Source: Geosiphon pyriformis uo1 (Eukaryota; Fungi; Glomeromycota). Taken from it: DNA of 64,000 bases. The stretch spans positions 1,374 through 65,373 of the forward strand of contig JAAOMT010000522.1 of the NCBI GenBank assembly GCA_016748015.1. The letters run 5' to 3'. Each line of letters opens with the position of its first letter. Within the stretch, counting starts at the first letter, position 1. Of this stretch, positions 63,399 through 64,000 are shown one piece after another. The notes below the pieces were generated by a model. That model ran no database searches, had not been told where the DNA came from, and saw nothing but the letters and a program-made list of their open reading frames with translations. The translations under genes were made by a program, and so were the position numbers.

Positions 63399-64000
63399 AT
63401 AGGGATAGGGATAGGGATAGGGATAGGGATAGGGATAGGGATAGGGATAGGGATAGGGTTAGGGTTAGGGATAGGGTTAGGGTTAGGGATAGGGTTAGGG
63501 TTAGGGTTAGGGTTAGGGATAGGGTTAGGGTTAGGGTTAGGGTTAGGGTTAGGGTTAGGGTTAGGGTTAGGGTTAGGGTTAGGGTTAGGGTTAGGGTTAG
63601 GGTTAGGGTTAGGGATAGGGTTAGGGATAGGGTTAGGGATAGGGTTAGGGATAGGGTTAGGGTTAGGGTTAGGGTTAGGGTTAGGGTTAGGTTAGGGATA
63701 GGGTTAGGGATAGGGTTAGGGATAGGGTTAGGGATAGGGTTAGGGTTAGGGATAGGGTTAGGGATAGGGTTAGGGTTAGGGTTAGGGTTAGGGTTAGGGT
63801 TAGGGATAGGGTTAGGGTTAGGGTTAGGGTTAGGGTTAGGGTTAGGGTTAGGGTTAGGGTTAGGGTTAGGGTTAGGGTTAGGGTTAGGGTTAGGGTTAGG
63901 GTTAGGGTTAGGGTTAGGGTTAGGGTTAGGGTTAGGGTTAGGGGTAGGGATAGGGATAGGGATAGGGTTAGGGAGAGGGATAGGGTTAGGGATAGGGACA
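63399..64000 (+). repeat. Telomere: 10 x ATAGGG (63399-63458), then TTAGGG interspersed with ATAGGG
   Basis: Read directly. The G-rich strand runs 5'->3' towards the window end, as expected for a right chromosome end. Confidence 0.98.

Noticed and set aside
63940-64000. Odd terminal units (GTAGGG, AGAGGG, final ACA)
   Set aside because: Last bases of the sequence, most likely low-coverage consensus noise.

Overview
Right-hand chromosome end of an AT-rich eukaryote, most likely a fungus. From memory only, the repeat families resemble those of Glomeromycota such as Geosiphon; this is unverified. I found no intact host gene. The window is a nested stack of decayed mobile elements that runs into a telomere. 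(1) Four L1/Tx1-like LINEs with ORF1 (RRM, CCHC) and ORF2 (APE, RT, RNase H, C-terminal CCHC): 1-3730 continuing at 11383-11756 (+; RNase H and CCHC not retained in this copy), and 24.1-30.9, 38.1-44.9 and 47.4-54.2 kb (-). (2) A 2.25-kb ORF1-only non-LTR element (54537-56782) with an exact 15-bp TSD and the same 3' UTR as those LINEs. (3) Two Ty3/gypsy families. Family A has a full copy at 3731-11378 and a minus-strand copy at 59033-63050 that is cut off by the telomere. Family B has a dUTPase-bearing copy at 11757-18606, a copy at 47360-59032 that is interrupted twice, and a solo LTR at 60822-61796. (4) A hAT transposon (32847-36271), a Harbinger-type Myb/SANT pseudogene and a Crinkler-like PD-(D/E)xK nuclease-kinase pseudogene. 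Every element is riddled with C>T/G>A transitions, largely outside CpG, resembling RIP. The chromosome end is layered: G>A-eroded ATAnnn hexamers (63064-63398), then 10 pure ATAGGG units, then mixed TTAGGG/ATAGGG. Family assignments come from motif recognition by eye, and no database searches were run.
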